This document shows, piece after piece, positions 20,033 to 29,904 of a stretch of 64,000 bases of DNA (position 1 is its first letter; each line of letters opens with the position of its first letter). The notes below the pieces were generated by a model that saw only the letters and a program-made list of their open reading frames with translations, did no database searches and was not told where the DNA came from. A program made the translations under genes and the position numbers. Origin of the DNA: Coriobacteriia bacterium (GTDB taxonomy: Bacteria; Actinomycetota; Coriobacteriia; Anaerosomatales; SLCP01); the NCBI GenBank assembly GCA_030603745.1, contig JAUVXE010000008.1, forward strand, positions 5,675 through 69,674, in the 5' to 3' direction.

Positions 20033-20410
20033 ATGGCGAACAGTGGCGATACGGTCGTGCGTACGGGAAGTGGCGTACAGGTCCAGCACGGCAACCACAT
20101 CGACACGATCGAGAGCGTCGACCTGGTCTTTCGTGCCCAGCGCAAGCTCAGTTTCTCGTACGGCCTGGTCTTCTTCGTGGTCACCCTGGCCATCCCGGCC
20201 ATGTCGGTGTGGTGGAAGACCTGGTACGCCGTCCCCGTCTGGGGCGGCTTCACCGCGAACTACCTGTTCGTGTCCCTGCTCTACTACCTGTTCCTGTGGG
20301 GACTGAGCTGGACCTACATCAGAAAGGCCGATGCGCTGGACGAGCGTCTCTCGCACATGGCCGATGAGATCGCGGCCGCCACGGCCGTGGCGCCGGCAGG
20401 AGGTGAGTGA
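20033..20410 (+). CDS. DUF485/YjcH-like small membrane protein
   Basis: Two TMs, WTYIRKAD..D motif, lies immediately upstream of an ActP-like permease. Confidence 0.8.
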   Translation: MANSGDTVVRTGSGVQVQHGNHIDTIESVDLVFRAQRKLSFSYGLVFFVVTLAIPAMSVWWKTWYAVPVWGGFTANYLFVSLLYYLFLWGLSWTYIRKADALDERLSHMADEIAAATAVAPAGGE

Positions 20411-20411
20411 C

Positions 20412-22253
20412 GTGGGTAACCTGAACGTGATCGCGATCGTCATGGTCATCGCCGTCACCGTCTTCACCGTCGGTCTGGCGATCTTCGTACGACGTTTCAC
20501 CCGTACCACCGCGGACTTCTATCTGGCGGGACGCAAGGTCGGCACCATCGCGAACGCCTCGGCGATCTCCGGCGACTACCTGTCGGCGGCGTCGTTCCTC
20601 GGCGTGGCGGCGGCCGTCTACGCGTCCGGTCTCGACGGCGTCTGGTTCGCGGCAGGGTTCGCGGGCGGGTTCATCGTCGTCGTGCTCTTCATCGCCTCGG
20701 CGCTCCGCCGATTCGGCGAGTACACCGTGGCGGACTTCGCCTACGGGCGCTTCGGCTCCGACCGGATCCGGCTCGTGACCGTGGTCATGGTGCTGCTCAC
20801 GAGCCTCTTCTACATGGCGCCCCAGATGTATGGCGCGGGCACCACGTGGACGGTGCTCGTGGGCGCGGGGATCTTCGGGCTCTCGCCCTACAACACCGGC
20901 GTCCTGATCGTCTCCCTCATCATCATGTTCTACGTCATGGTGGGCGGCATGAAGGGCACCACGCTCAACCAGATCTTCCAGTTCTGGTGGTTGTGGACCG
21001 CCATGTTCCTCGTCGTCGTCTTCGCGTTCACCGTGGGCAAGTTCAGCTACCCCGACGCGCTCGCCGAGGTGACCGCCGAGAACCACCGCGACGTGCGGAT
21101 GGTGAGCGTGGCGGACCTCACCGCCGACGACGGCGCGCTGCTCGCGACCGCCGAGGGCGCGATGAGCTCCGAGGCCTTCGCCGCGGTCGAGGCCGCCGTC
21201 GAGGCCGGCGACCCCGAGGCGACGATCGGCATCCTCGTCCCGGCGACCAACAAGCTCCACGAGCTGCGTGACATGTTCTTCAACGAGCCCGGTCACCGCT
21301 ACAACGGCCTCGACCAGTTCTCGATGGTGCTCGCGCTCGTGCTCGGCACGGCGGGCCTGCCGCACATCCTCAACCGCTACTACACGAACCCCTCGGGTGC
21401 GGCGGCGCGCAGGTCGACCTTCTGGGTGCTCATCTTCATCGGCACCTTCTACATCCTCGCGCCGATCGCCGGTCTGGCGGGCAAGCTCATCATCGATGAC
21501 GCCTGGCGTGCCGGCACCGCTCCCACGAACGCCGCATACGTCGACGGCCTGCTCGCCCGCTCCGACGCGATCATGCCGACCCTGGCGCAGATCCTCGGCG
21601 GGGAGTGGCTCATGGGCGCGGTCGCCGCGGGCGCGTTCGCCGCGATGTTCTCGACCACCGGTGGCCTGCTGATCGCCTCGGCGTCGGCCGTGGGGCACGA
21701 CGTCTACGAGAAGTACGTCAACGCGAACGCCTCCGAGGCCCGGAAGGTCTTCGTAGGCAAGGCATCGGTGCTCTTCTTCGCGCTCGTCGCGCTCGGCATC
21801 GGCATCGGTATTCCGGCGGTCGGCCTCGACAAGGCGTACCCGGCACTGATCGCCATGATGGTGACCTGGGCGTTCTCGCTCGGTGCCGGCGCGTTCGTGC
21901 CGATGCTGCTCACCGGCATCTGGTGGCGGCAGACCACCGAACGTGGTGCCATCGCCGGCATGATCGTCGGTGGCGGCGGTTCGCTCTTCTTCATCTTCAT
22001 GAACGTCCTGAAGCAGCTCGGTCACCTCGGTGACAGCGGCGTCCTGCCCTTCCTCGGAAGTCTGACCTTCCCGACGCTGTTCACGTTCCCCGCGGCCGTG
22101 CTCACCATCGTGCTGGTGAGCAAGATCGACGGCCAGCTTCCCAAGAACGTGGACGAGATCTGGATGCGCATCCACGGCACGGCGAGCGAGCGCCACGAGA
22201 AGGAGCTCGGTCTCGACAAGGTGGGTGGCATGTTCTCGGGCGGTCAGAAGTAA
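20412..22253 (+). CDS. actP: Sodium:solute symporter, ActP (cation/acetate)-like
   Basis: DFYLAGR, AISGDYLSAASFLG, GGMKGTT, LGTAGLPHIL.RYYT. Confidence 0.88.
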   Translation: MGNLNVIAIVMVIAVTVFTVGLAIFVRRFTRTTADFYLAGRKVGTIANASAISGDYLSAASFLGVAAAVYASGLDGVWFAAGFAGGFIVVVLFIASALRRFGEYTVADFAYGRFGSDRIRLVTVVMVLLTSLFYMAPQMYGAGTTWTVLVGAGIFGLSPYNTGVLIVSLIIMFYVMVGGMKGTTLNQIFQFWWLWTAMFLVVVFAFTVGKFSYPDALAEVTAENHRDVRMVSVADLTADDGALLATAEGAMSSEAFAAVEAAVEAGDPEATIGILVPATNKLHELRDMFFNEPGHRYNGLDQFSMVLALVLGTAGLPHILNRYYTNPSGAAARRSTFWVLIFIGTFYILAPIAGLAGKLIIDDAWRAGTAPTNAAYVDGLLARSDAIMPTLAQILGGEWLMGAVAAGAFAAMFSTTGGLLIASASAVGHDVYEKYVNANASEARKVFVGKASVLFFALVALGIGIGIPAVGLDKAYPALIAMMVTWAFSLGAGAFVPMLLTGIWWRQTTERGAIAGMIVGGGGSLFFIFMNVLKQLGHLGDSGVLPFLGSLTFPTLFTFPAAVLTIVLVSKIDGQLPKNVDEIWMRIHGTASERHEKELGLDKVGGMFSGGQK

Positions 22254-22294
22254 CCCCCGGCCAGAGGCTCCACCCCCGGGAGCTTATTGGAATC

Positions 22295-22331
22295 GCGGAC
22301 CCGACCCCTACGTCCCGGGGGTCGGGTCCGC
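22295..22331. terminator. GC-rich hairpin between convergent genes
   Basis: GCGGACCCGACCCC-N9-GGGGTCGGGTCCGC, perfect 14-bp stem; no clear U tract. Confidence 0.7.
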
Positions 22332-22403
22332 ACCTGTCTCGGGAGCCATCCGGCCACAGGGCGCGACCAGGCGGGCCACTCCGGTAGGGAGACCGGGGCT
22401 GCC

Positions 22404-24056
22404 TCAGGCGCGCTGCCGCGAGAAGGAGGCGATCTCGCGGGCGAGCAGTTCGACCGCCTCGCCGGAGTCGGGCAGGTCGAGCCGCAGGACCGGCCGGCGG
22501 CGCGAGGCGAGCGTGACGAGGTCCCCCTCGGCCTGGGCGCGGTAGAGCTGGCCGAGGGAGAACCCGCGCTCCGGGATGGCGATGTCGGTACGGCTGCGCA
22601 CGGTCACGATCAGGAACGAGCCCGTCGCGGGACCGCCCTTGTGGAGCTGGCCGGTCGAGTGGAGGTAGCGGGGCCCCGTCTCGACGCAGACCGGCACGCC
22701 GAGCGCCGTGGAGGCGTCCGCCGAGGCGGCGCGCAGAGCGTCGAGTGCGGGCCCTTCGGGCAGGTAGACCAGGAGCGCGAGGTAGTCCCGGCCCGCCGCG
22801 AGACCGCCGAGGAGCGGGTGGAGCGCGCCGGCGAGGTCTCGGGGCGGTGCCGTGTCCTCGAGGGCGCCCGCGAAGGTGGGCCACACCCCGCCGAGGTCGC
22901 AGCAGGCGGCCGGGATCGGAAGCGTCTGCTCGAGCACCCCGGTGGTCGCTTCCTTGGCCTCGGCGACGTTGGGCTCGTCGAACGGGTTCACGCCGAGGAG
23001 GAATCCGGTGAGCGCCACGGCGTACTCCCAGCGCACGAACTCGCCGCCGAGGCCGGCCGGCCCGTCGAGCACGTGCTCCATCACCGGCACCCCCGCCGCG
23101 CGTGCCGCGTCGGCGTGCGAGGCGCATGCGGCGTCCGAGGGCTCGCGCAGCACCAGGAGCGTGCGGTCCGCGCCGTACGTCGAGGCCGGCACGCGGCCGT
23201 CCTCGAGCACCGGCAGGATGCCGACCCCCTGCTTGCCGGTCGACTCGGCGACCAGCTGCTCGACCCACAGGCCGAACGTCGCGTACCGGGGGGAGGCCAC
23301 GAAGGTGAGCTTGTCCCGGCCGGCCGCATGGTTGTCGGCCATCCACGCCGCGAGCGCGGCCGCCGGGTTGTCCTCGGCGGGATGGCGGCACGCCTGCTCC
23401 ATCCGGGCGGCGTCCTCGATCATCGGCGCGAGGTCGACGCCGGCGATGCCGGTGGGCGTGAGGCCGAACACCGAGAGCGCGGAGAATCGGCCGCCCACGT
23501 TGGCGGGCGCCGAGACGGCGATGCGCATGACGTCCTTCTGGCGCAGGCGCTCGAGCGGCGAGCCGGGGTCGGTCACCACCACGAAGCGCTTGCCGGCGGC
23601 CACGCGCCCGAGCGCGTCGTCCATCCATCCGCGGAGGATCGCGTAGAGCGAGAGCGGCTCGATGGTCGAGCCGGACTTGCTCGCCAGAACGAACGCGGCG
23701 GTCGCGGGGGAGAGCCGCTCCATGAGCGGCACGAGCACGTCGGGCGAGGTCGTGTCGAGCACGTGCAGCGCGGGGGAGTCCGCCGGCGAGCCGAGGACCG
23801 CGTCGATGACGAGCGGCGCGAGCGAGCTGCCCCCCATGCCGAGGAGCACCACGTCGGTCACCCCCTCCTCCGCGAGCTGCGACGCGAGGTTCGCCACGAG
23901 CGGGAGGCGGGCCGAGGCCTTCTCGGCGAGGTCGGTCCAGCCGAGCCGCTGCATGATCGGCTGCCGCAGGTCGACGTCGTCGGTGAAGAGCGTGGGGTCG
24001 CGTTCGACGAGGCGGGCGATCGCCCCGGACTCGGTCAGGCGGGTCAGAGCGTCCAT
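22404..24056 (-). CDS. pgi: Glucose-6-phosphate isomerase (SIS; type found in Tal-Pgi fusions)
   Basis: LGMGGSSL, ASKSGSTIE, VGGRFSALS, QLVAESTGK, NPFDEPNV, GPRYLHSTGQLHKGGP. Confidence 0.85.
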   Translation of the reverse strand: MDALTRLTESGAIARLVERDPTLFTDDVDLRQPIMQRLGWTDLAEKASARLPLVANLASQLAEEGVTDVVLLGMGGSSLAPLVIDAVLGSPADSPALHVLDTTSPDVLVPLMERLSPATAAFVLASKSGSTIEPLSLYAILRGWMDDALGRVAAGKRFVVVTDPGSPLERLRQKDVMRIAVSAPANVGGRFSALSVFGLTPTGIAGVDLAPMIEDAARMEQACRHPAEDNPAAALAAWMADNHAAGRDKLTFVASPRYATFGLWVEQLVAESTGKQGVGILPVLEDGRVPASTYGADRTLLVLREPSDAACASHADAARAAGVPVMEHVLDGPAGLGGEFVRWEYAVALTGFLLGVNPFDEPNVAEAKEATTGVLEQTLPIPAACCDLGGVWPTFAGALEDTAPPRDLAGALHPLLGGLAAGRDYLALLVYLPEGPALDALRAASADASTALGVPVCVETGPRYLHSTGQLHKGGPATGSFLIVTVRSRTDIAIPERGFSLGQLYRAQAEGDLVTLASRRRPVLRLDLPDSGEAVELLAREIASFSRQRA

Positions 24057-24109
24057 CGCGCGCCTCCTCGGCAGGTCCGGTCGTGAGAGGACCTCTCGAG
24101 TATAGCCCG

Positions 24110-25063
24110 TCAGATGCGCGACGGTGGGTCGCCGAGGGGCTCGTCGGTCGCGGTCACGGGGACCGGCGGGCCCTCGACGGTCGCGGCGCGCGAGGGCGCG
24201 AGCCGGGCGACGACCACGCCCGCGGTGACCACGAGCGCGCCGCCGAGCAGGGTCGTCGCGGTCGCGCGCTCGCCGAGGAAGAGCGCCGCGAACGCCACGG
24301 CGCTCACCGGCTCGGCGTAGGTGATGATGGCGGCCCGGTCGGCGGGCACGAGGCGCAGCCCCGTCAGGAAGAGCGCCCCCGTGAACGCCGTGTGCACCAC
24401 GCCGAGCGTCGCGAGCGCGCCCCACTCCACCGCGCTGGCAGGTCCGGCGAGCAGGAGCGCGGCCGGCAGCAGCAGCACCGCCGCGGCGAGGTACTCCCCG
24501 AGCATGTAGGTGCTCGCCGGCACGCCCTTGAGCAGCCGCTTCACGAACACGATCAGGAACGCGTAGGTGACCGAGGAGGCGACGGCGAGCCCGGCGCCGA
24601 GGAGATGCCGCCCGTCGTCGAGGGAGAGGTCCTGCGGGCCGACGATCACCGCGGTGCCGAGGAGCGCGAGCGCGAGCGGGGCGACGATGCGCCGGTCGAA
24701 GGGCCGGCGGGCTACGAGCGGAGCGAGCACGGCCACGAACACCGGGCCGAGGTAGCCGAGCAGCACCGCGACCGCGACCTTCGTGAGGGTGAGCGCCGCG
24801 AGGAAGAGCACCCAGTTCAGCGCGAGGAGCGCGCCCATGCCCGCGATGGCGAGCCGCAGGCGCGGCGAGAGGGTGAGCAGCTCGCCGAGGCGCCCCCGCC
24901 ACGCGAGATACGCGCCGATGGCGAGTGCGGCGAAGAGGACGCGCCAGAACACGATGACCGCGGGGTGCGCCTCGGTGGCGCGGACGAGGAGCGCGATCGA
25001 CCCCCACACGGTCGCCGCCGTGACGATCCGCAGGTATCCGGAGGTCGCCGATGGCCCGTTCAT
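24110..25063 (-). CDS. EamA/DMT-family transporter
   Basis: About 10 TMs, WGS, LGYLGPVFVA, TYAEPVSA. Confidence 0.9.
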   Translation of the reverse strand: MNGPSATSGYLRIVTAATVWGSIALLVRATEAHPAVIVFWRVLFAALAIGAYLAWRGRLGELLTLSPRLRLAIAGMGALLALNWVLFLAALTLTKVAVAVLLGYLGPVFVAVLAPLVARRPFDRRIVAPLALALLGTAVIVGPQDLSLDDGRHLLGAGLAVASSVTYAFLIVFVKRLLKGVPASTYMLGEYLAAAVLLLPAALLLAGPASAVEWGALATLGVVHTAFTGALFLTGLRLVPADRAAIITYAEPVSAVAFAALFLGERATATTLLGGALVVTAGVVVARLAPSRAATVEGPPVPVTATDEPLGDPPSRI

Positions 25064-25104
25064 CTGTCCCTGCCGTCCCTCATCGCACGGCGTGCGCGCG
25101 ACCG

Positions 25105-26118
25105 TCAGCAGATCCTCGGGAGCTGCTCGCCCACGAGCATGTCCATGATGCGGGTCGCGCCGAAGGCCGTGCGGACGTAGACCTTGCCCGCGGGGCCCTC
25201 GGCGACCTCGCCGATCACCGCGGCATCCTCACCGTAGGGAGCGGCGCGCATCGCCTCGAGCGCGGCCTCGGCCTCCCCGGCGGGGACGACGGCGACCATC
25301 TTGCCCTCGTTCGCGACCTGGAAGACGTCGTAACCGAGCATCTCGCACGCGCCGCGGACCTGTTCGCGCACGGGGACCGAGGGTTCGTCGACGGTGATCG
25401 AGACGCCCGAGGCGCTCGCGAGCTCGTTGAGCGCCGAGGCGAGCCCGCCGCGCGTGGGGTCGCGGAAGCAGCGCACGCCGGGCGCGGCCTCGAGCACCGC
25501 GGCGACGAGGTGGTTGAGGGGCGCCGCGTCGGAGCGCAGGTCGGTGGAGAACTCGAGCCCCTCACGCACCGAGACCACCGTGATCCCGTGGTCGCCGAGG
25601 GTCCCGGAGAGCAGCACCACGTCGCCGGGACGGCAGTTCGCGCCCGAGAGCTCCACGCCCTCGGCCAGCGCACCCACGCCGGCGGTGTTGAGGTAGATGC
25701 CGTCGCCATGCCCGCGCTCCACGACCTTGGTGTCGCCGGTGACGATGCGCACGCCGGCCTCCTCGGCGGCAGCGCGCATCGAGTCGAGTACCCCGCGCAG
25801 GACCGAGACGGGCAGCCCCTCCTCGAGGACGAAGCCGACCGAGAGGTAGAGCGGCCGTGCGCCCGAGGTCGCGACGTCGTTCACCGTGCCGCAGACGGCG
25901 AGCCGGCCGATGTCGGCCCCGGGGAAGGTGAGCGGGGAGACCACGTAGGTGTCGGTCGACATCGCGATGCGGGTGCCGGGCAGGTCGAGCGCGGTCGCGT
26001 CGTCGAGCGCCGGGGTGCCCGAGCCGGCGAACCCGGTCACGAACACCTCGTCGATGAGGCGGCGCATGAGCGTGCCGCCGCTGCCGTGTGCGAGCAGGAT
26101 CGTCTCGTCGGTCGCCAT
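25105..26118 (-). CDS. hypE: Hydrogenase maturation carbamoyl dehydratase HypE
   Basis: AHGSGG, GTVNDVA, TGDTKVV, RDPTRGG, ANEGK, C-terminal LPRIC. Confidence 0.98.
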   Translation of the reverse strand: MATDETILLAHGSGGTLMRRLIDEVFVTGFAGSGTPALDDATALDLPGTRIAMSTDTYVVSPLTFPGADIGRLAVCGTVNDVATSGARPLYLSVGFVLEEGLPVSVLRGVLDSMRAAAEEAGVRIVTGDTKVVERGHGDGIYLNTAGVGALAEGVELSGANCRPGDVVLLSGTLGDHGITVVSVREGLEFSTDLRSDAAPLNHLVAAVLEAAPGVRCFRDPTRGGLASALNELASASGVSITVDEPSVPVREQVRGACEMLGYDVFQVANEGKMVAVVPAGEAEAALEAMRAAPYGEDAAVIGEVAEGPAGKVYVRTAFGATRIMDMLVGEQLPRIC

Positions 26119-26156
26119 GGGGTCCCTCTCTCAGGTGAAGGCGCGGGGCGCGGGCC

Positions 26157-27248
26157 TCACGCCGTGCCGTAGTCGGTGTAGCGGTAGTAGGCCGCGCACG
26201 AGCCCTCCGAGGAGACCATGCACGGCCCCACGGGGTGCTCGGGCACGCACGCGGTGCCGAAGAGGCGGCACTCGTACGGCAGCACGACGCCGCGCAGGAC
26301 CTCGCCGCACTGGCAGCCCGCGATCTCGACGGGCGGCTCGGGCGAGACGGGCACGCGGAGGAGCGCGTCGAACGTCGCGTACTCCTCGCGGATGGCGAGC
26401 CCCGTGCTCGGGATGACGCCGATACCGCGCCACTCGGCGTCGGCCGGCTCGAAGACCTCCTCGATCATCGCCCGCGCCGTGGGGTTGCCCTCCTCCGGGA
26501 CGCTTCGCGTGTAGCCGATCTCGACGGCCGCGCGTCCCTCGGCGAGCTGGGAGACGAGCATCCACACGCCCTGCAAGACGTCGACCGGCTCGAAGCCGGT
26601 GATGACGCTCGGCACGCGGTACTCCTCGGCGAGGAACCGGTAGGGCGCAAGGCCGATGATCGCCGAGACGTGACCGGGGAGGATGAGGCCCTCGACCGCG
26701 ACCTCGGGGTCGTTGACGAGCGCGCCGAGCGCGGCGGGGACGGTCTTGTGCGCGGAGAAGACCGAGAAGTTGCCGAGGCCCGCCGCGTGCGCGCGCTTGA
26801 TCGCGGCCGCGATGAGCGGCGCGGTCGTCTCGAAGCCCACGCCGATGAAGACGATATGCCGCTCGGGCTCGCGCTCGGCGAGCGCGAGGGCGTCGAGCGG
26901 AGAGTAGATGACGCGGACGTCGTGGCCGTCGGCCTTCTCGCGGCTGAGGGATGAACGGGAGCCGGGGACCTTCATCATGTCGCCGAAGGTCGCCACGGTC
27001 ACGCCGGGCTGGCGCGCGAACTCGATCGCGGTGTCGATGTCGGCGTTGCTGGTGACGCACACCGGACATCCGGGGCCGGAGAGCAGGCGGACCGAGTCGG
27101 GAAGGACGTCGCGCAGGCCGTTCTTGGCGATGGCGACGGTGTGGGTCCCGCAGACCTCCATGAGCGTCATGGGCCGCGTCGCGGTGGCGGTGATGCGGTC
27201 GATCAGGCGCCGCGCGAGCGCCGGGTCGCGAAAGACGTCGAGGTCCAC
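26157..27248 (-). CDS. hypD: Hydrogenase maturation protein HypD
   Basis: MEVCGTH, GPGCPVC, GFETT, PGHVS, GPCMVSSEGSC. Confidence 0.98.
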   Translation of the reverse strand: MDLDVFRDPALARRLIDRITATATRPMTLMEVCGTHTVAIAKNGLRDVLPDSVRLLSGPGCPVCVTSNADIDTAIEFARQPGVTVATFGDMMKVPGSRSSLSREKADGHDVRVIYSPLDALALAEREPERHIVFIGVGFETTAPLIAAAIKRAHAAGLGNFSVFSAHKTVPAALGALVNDPEVAVEGLILPGHVSAIIGLAPYRFLAEEYRVPSVITGFEPVDVLQGVWMLVSQLAEGRAAVEIGYTRSVPEEGNPTARAMIEEVFEPADAEWRGIGVIPSTGLAIREEYATFDALLRVPVSPEPPVEIAGCQCGEVLRGVVLPYECRLFGTACVPEHPVGPCMVSSEGSCAAYYRYTDYGTA

Positions 27249-27252
27249 GCGA

Positions 27253-27486
27253 TCACCCCTCGGCCGAATCGATGAACTCGATCTGCTCGATCAGCTCCAT
27301 CGTCTCGCGGGCGAACTGCTCGTCGACCACCTGGATCGCGAAGCCGGCATGGACGAGCACGTGGTCCCCCACGACCGCGTCGGGGACGAGGTCGAGGCTG
27401 ACGTGGCGGGTGACTCCCATGATGTCGACCTCGGCCATGTTGAGCTCGCCGACCGACTTGACCTGGGCGGGGATCGCTAGACACAT
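27253..27486 (-). CDS. hypC: Hydrogenase assembly chaperone HypC
   Basis: MCLAIPA...GDHVLVHAGFAI; SD GGAGG. Confidence 0.97.
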   Translation of the reverse strand: MCLAIPAQVKSVGELNMAEVDIMGVTRHVSLDLVPDAVVGDHVLVHAGFAIQVVDEQFARETMELIEQIEFIDSAEG

Positions 27487-27527
27487 GTGCGGACTACCTC
27501 CTTGTGCGGCCGGGCCGGTGCCCGGTC

Positions 27528-29891
27528 TCAGACCTCGTGCCGTCTCGCCCAGGCGACGACCGCCTGTCCGAACGAGACGGAGCCGTCGCTCACCGGGAGC
27601 AGACGGTGCGTCAGCGGGACGAGGCCGGCGTCCGTGAGTCCCCGCCATGAAGCCTCGAGTACCGATCGGTTGAGGAAGACGCCGCCTGCGAGCGCGACGT
27701 GGCGCGTGCCCGCCCGGGCGGCGAAGGTCTTCCCGAGCACGACTATACAGGCGGCCACCGCACGATGGAAGCGGGCGGCGACCACTCCGGGCGGCACGCC
27801 GCTCGCGAGGTCGGCGAGCACGGCCTCGAGCACGGGCCGCTGGTCGACCAGCGTGGGCGCCTCGCCCCGGAGGGTGAACTCGTAGGCGCCGGAGGCCGCC
27901 GGGTCCTGGATCGCCTCGAGCTCGATGGCCGCCTGGCCCTCGTAGAGCGCGTCGTCGCGGACGCCCGAAAGCGCGGCCACCGCGTCGAACAGGCGGCCCA
28001 TCGAGGAGGTCGGAGGGGAGTTGACCCCGCGCTCGACCATGCGGCGCAGGAGGGCCTCCTCGCCCTCGGCGAGCCTGCCGAGCAGCGGCGCGGCCCCCGG
28101 GTGTTCGAGGAGCGCCGGGTCTGCGCCGAGCAGGGTGCCCACCGCCATGCGCGCCGGCCGGCGGATGGCCGCCGCGCCCCCGGGCAGGGGCACCTCGGCG
28201 AGGTGGGCGACCCGGTCGAAGCGCTCGAGTGTCGCGACGAGCACCTCACCGCCCCAGATGTGGCCGTCGGACCCGAACCCCGTGCCGTCGAAGGCGATGC
28301 CCACCACCGGTTCGGTGATCCCGTGCTCGGCCGCGACCCCCGCGATGTGGGCGTGGTGGTGCTGGACCCCGACCATCGGCAGTCCGAGGGTCTGCGCGTA
28401 CTTGGTCGAGAGATACTCCGGGTGCAGGTCGTGGGCGACGAGTGCCGGGCGCACGCGGAAGAGGCGGCGGTAGAGCTCGAGCGTGTCCTCGAAGTGTTCG
28501 AGCGTCTGGGCGTTCTCGAGGTCTCCGATGTGCTGCGACACGAACGCGTGGGACCCGCGGACGAGCGTGAAGGTGTTCTTCTGCTCCGGTCCCACGGCGA
28601 GCAGATGGATGTCGGAGCTGAAGGGGAGCGTGACCGGGTGCGGCGCGTAGCCCCGGGCCCGGCGCACGGGCGCGGGGCCGAAGGAGGCCTGGCGCACCAC
28701 GGAGTCGTCGTAGCGTGAGCGGATGGGCCGGTCGTGCAGGAGGAACGCGTCGGCGATCGAGGCGAGGCGCGCCATCGCCTCGGCGTTCTCGGTCGCGATC
28801 GGCTCGTCTGACAGGTTGCCCGAGGTCATCACCAGCGGTCGGCCCGCGCCCGCGAGCAGGAGGTGGTGCAGCGGGGTGTAGGGCAGCATGAGGCCGAGCT
28901 CGGGCAGGCCGCCGGCCACGGAGGGAGCGAGCGCGCCGGCGCCCGGCGTGCGGCGAGCGAGCACGATGGGCCGCACCGTGCCCGCCAGCGACTCCTCCTC
29001 CTCGGCGGAGAGGTCGCAGAGCTCACGGGCCGAGGCGAGATCGGGGACCATGACCGCGAGCGGCTTGCCCCAGCGGTGCTTCCGCTCGCGCAGCCGCGAC
29101 ACGGCGGCCTCATCGGTCGCGTCACACGCGAGGTGGAACCCGCCGAGACCCTTGATCGCCAGCACCGCGCCTGACCGGAGCAGCTCGCAGGCCGTCTCGA
29201 TGACCGCGTCCGAGCGGGAACGCTCAGCCTCCACGTCACGGTCGGGACGGGGCGCGCGGGCGGCGGGCTCGTCCCAGCGGACGCGGGCGGGGACGCGGGC
29301 GGGCCGTGCGGGGTCCGGCGAGGGCTCGAGGTAGAGGCGCGGCCCGCAGGCGAAGCACGCGTCGGGCTGGGCGTGGAAGCGGCGATCCGCGGGCGAGGCG
29401 TACTCGGCGGCGCATGAGGGGCACATCTCGAACGCCGCCATGGCGGTGCTGGGCCGGTCGTAGGGCACGTCGTCGATGATGGTGAAGCGCGGGCCGCAGT
29501 TCGTGCAGTTGATGAAGGGATAGCGAAAACGGCGGTCCGCCGGGTCGGTGAGCTCCGCGACGCACGCCGGGCAGGTGGCGATGTCGGGCGAGACGAGCGT
29601 CATCGCGCCCGCGACCTCCTCGGACGCGACGATCTCGAAGCCGGTGAGCGGTGCGGGCTCGACCTCCTCGGCGACGATCGACTCGATCACGGCCATGGGC
29701 GGCGCGAGGGCCCGGACGGCGTCGGCGAACCCGTGGACCGCGTCAGGGTCGCCCTGCACGAGCGCGAAGACGCCCTCCGAGGAGTTGCGCACCCAGCCGG
29801 CGAGGCCTCGTTCGCGGGCGAGGGTGTAGACGAACGGCCGGAACCCGACCCCCTGGACGACGCCGGTGATGTGGAGCGAGAGCGCGCGCAT
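27528..29891 (-). CDS. hypF: Carbamoyltransferase HypF
   Basis: GVVQGVGFRPF, two Zn fingers, KGLGGFHL, QHHHAH, TSSMGRLFDA; alternative GTG start at 29894. Confidence 0.97.
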   Translation of the reverse strand: MRALSLHITGVVQGVGFRPFVYTLARERGLAGWVRNSSEGVFALVQGDPDAVHGFADAVRALAPPMAVIESIVAEEVEPAPLTGFEIVASEEVAGAMTLVSPDIATCPACVAELTDPADRRFRYPFINCTNCGPRFTIIDDVPYDRPSTAMAAFEMCPSCAAEYASPADRRFHAQPDACFACGPRLYLEPSPDPARPARVPARVRWDEPAARAPRPDRDVEAERSRSDAVIETACELLRSGAVLAIKGLGGFHLACDATDEAAVSRLRERKHRWGKPLAVMVPDLASARELCDLSAEEEESLAGTVRPIVLARRTPGAGALAPSVAGGLPELGLMLPYTPLHHLLLAGAGRPLVMTSGNLSDEPIATENAEAMARLASIADAFLLHDRPIRSRYDDSVVRQASFGPAPVRRARGYAPHPVTLPFSSDIHLLAVGPEQKNTFTLVRGSHAFVSQHIGDLENAQTLEHFEDTLELYRRLFRVRPALVAHDLHPEYLSTKYAQTLGLPMVGVQHHHAHIAGVAAEHGITEPVVGIAFDGTGFGSDGHIWGGEVLVATLERFDRVAHLAEVPLPGGAAAIRRPARMAVGTLLGADPALLEHPGAAPLLGRLAEGEEALLRRMVERGVNSPPTSSMGRLFDAVAALSGVRDDALYEGQAAIELEAIQDPAASGAYEFTLRGEAPTLVDQRPVLEAVLADLASGVPPGVVAARFHRAVAACIVVLGKTFAARAGTRHVALAGGVFLNRSVLEASWRGLTDAGLVPLTHRLLPVSDGSVSFGQAVVAWARRHEV

Positions 29892-29904
29892 CACGCCGGG
29901 CCCG

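Noticed and set aside
29220-29335. Pro/Arg-rich insertion in HypF suggesting a frameshift or intein
   Set aside because: The frame stays open with motifs intact on both sides and there are no intein termini; likely a variable linker
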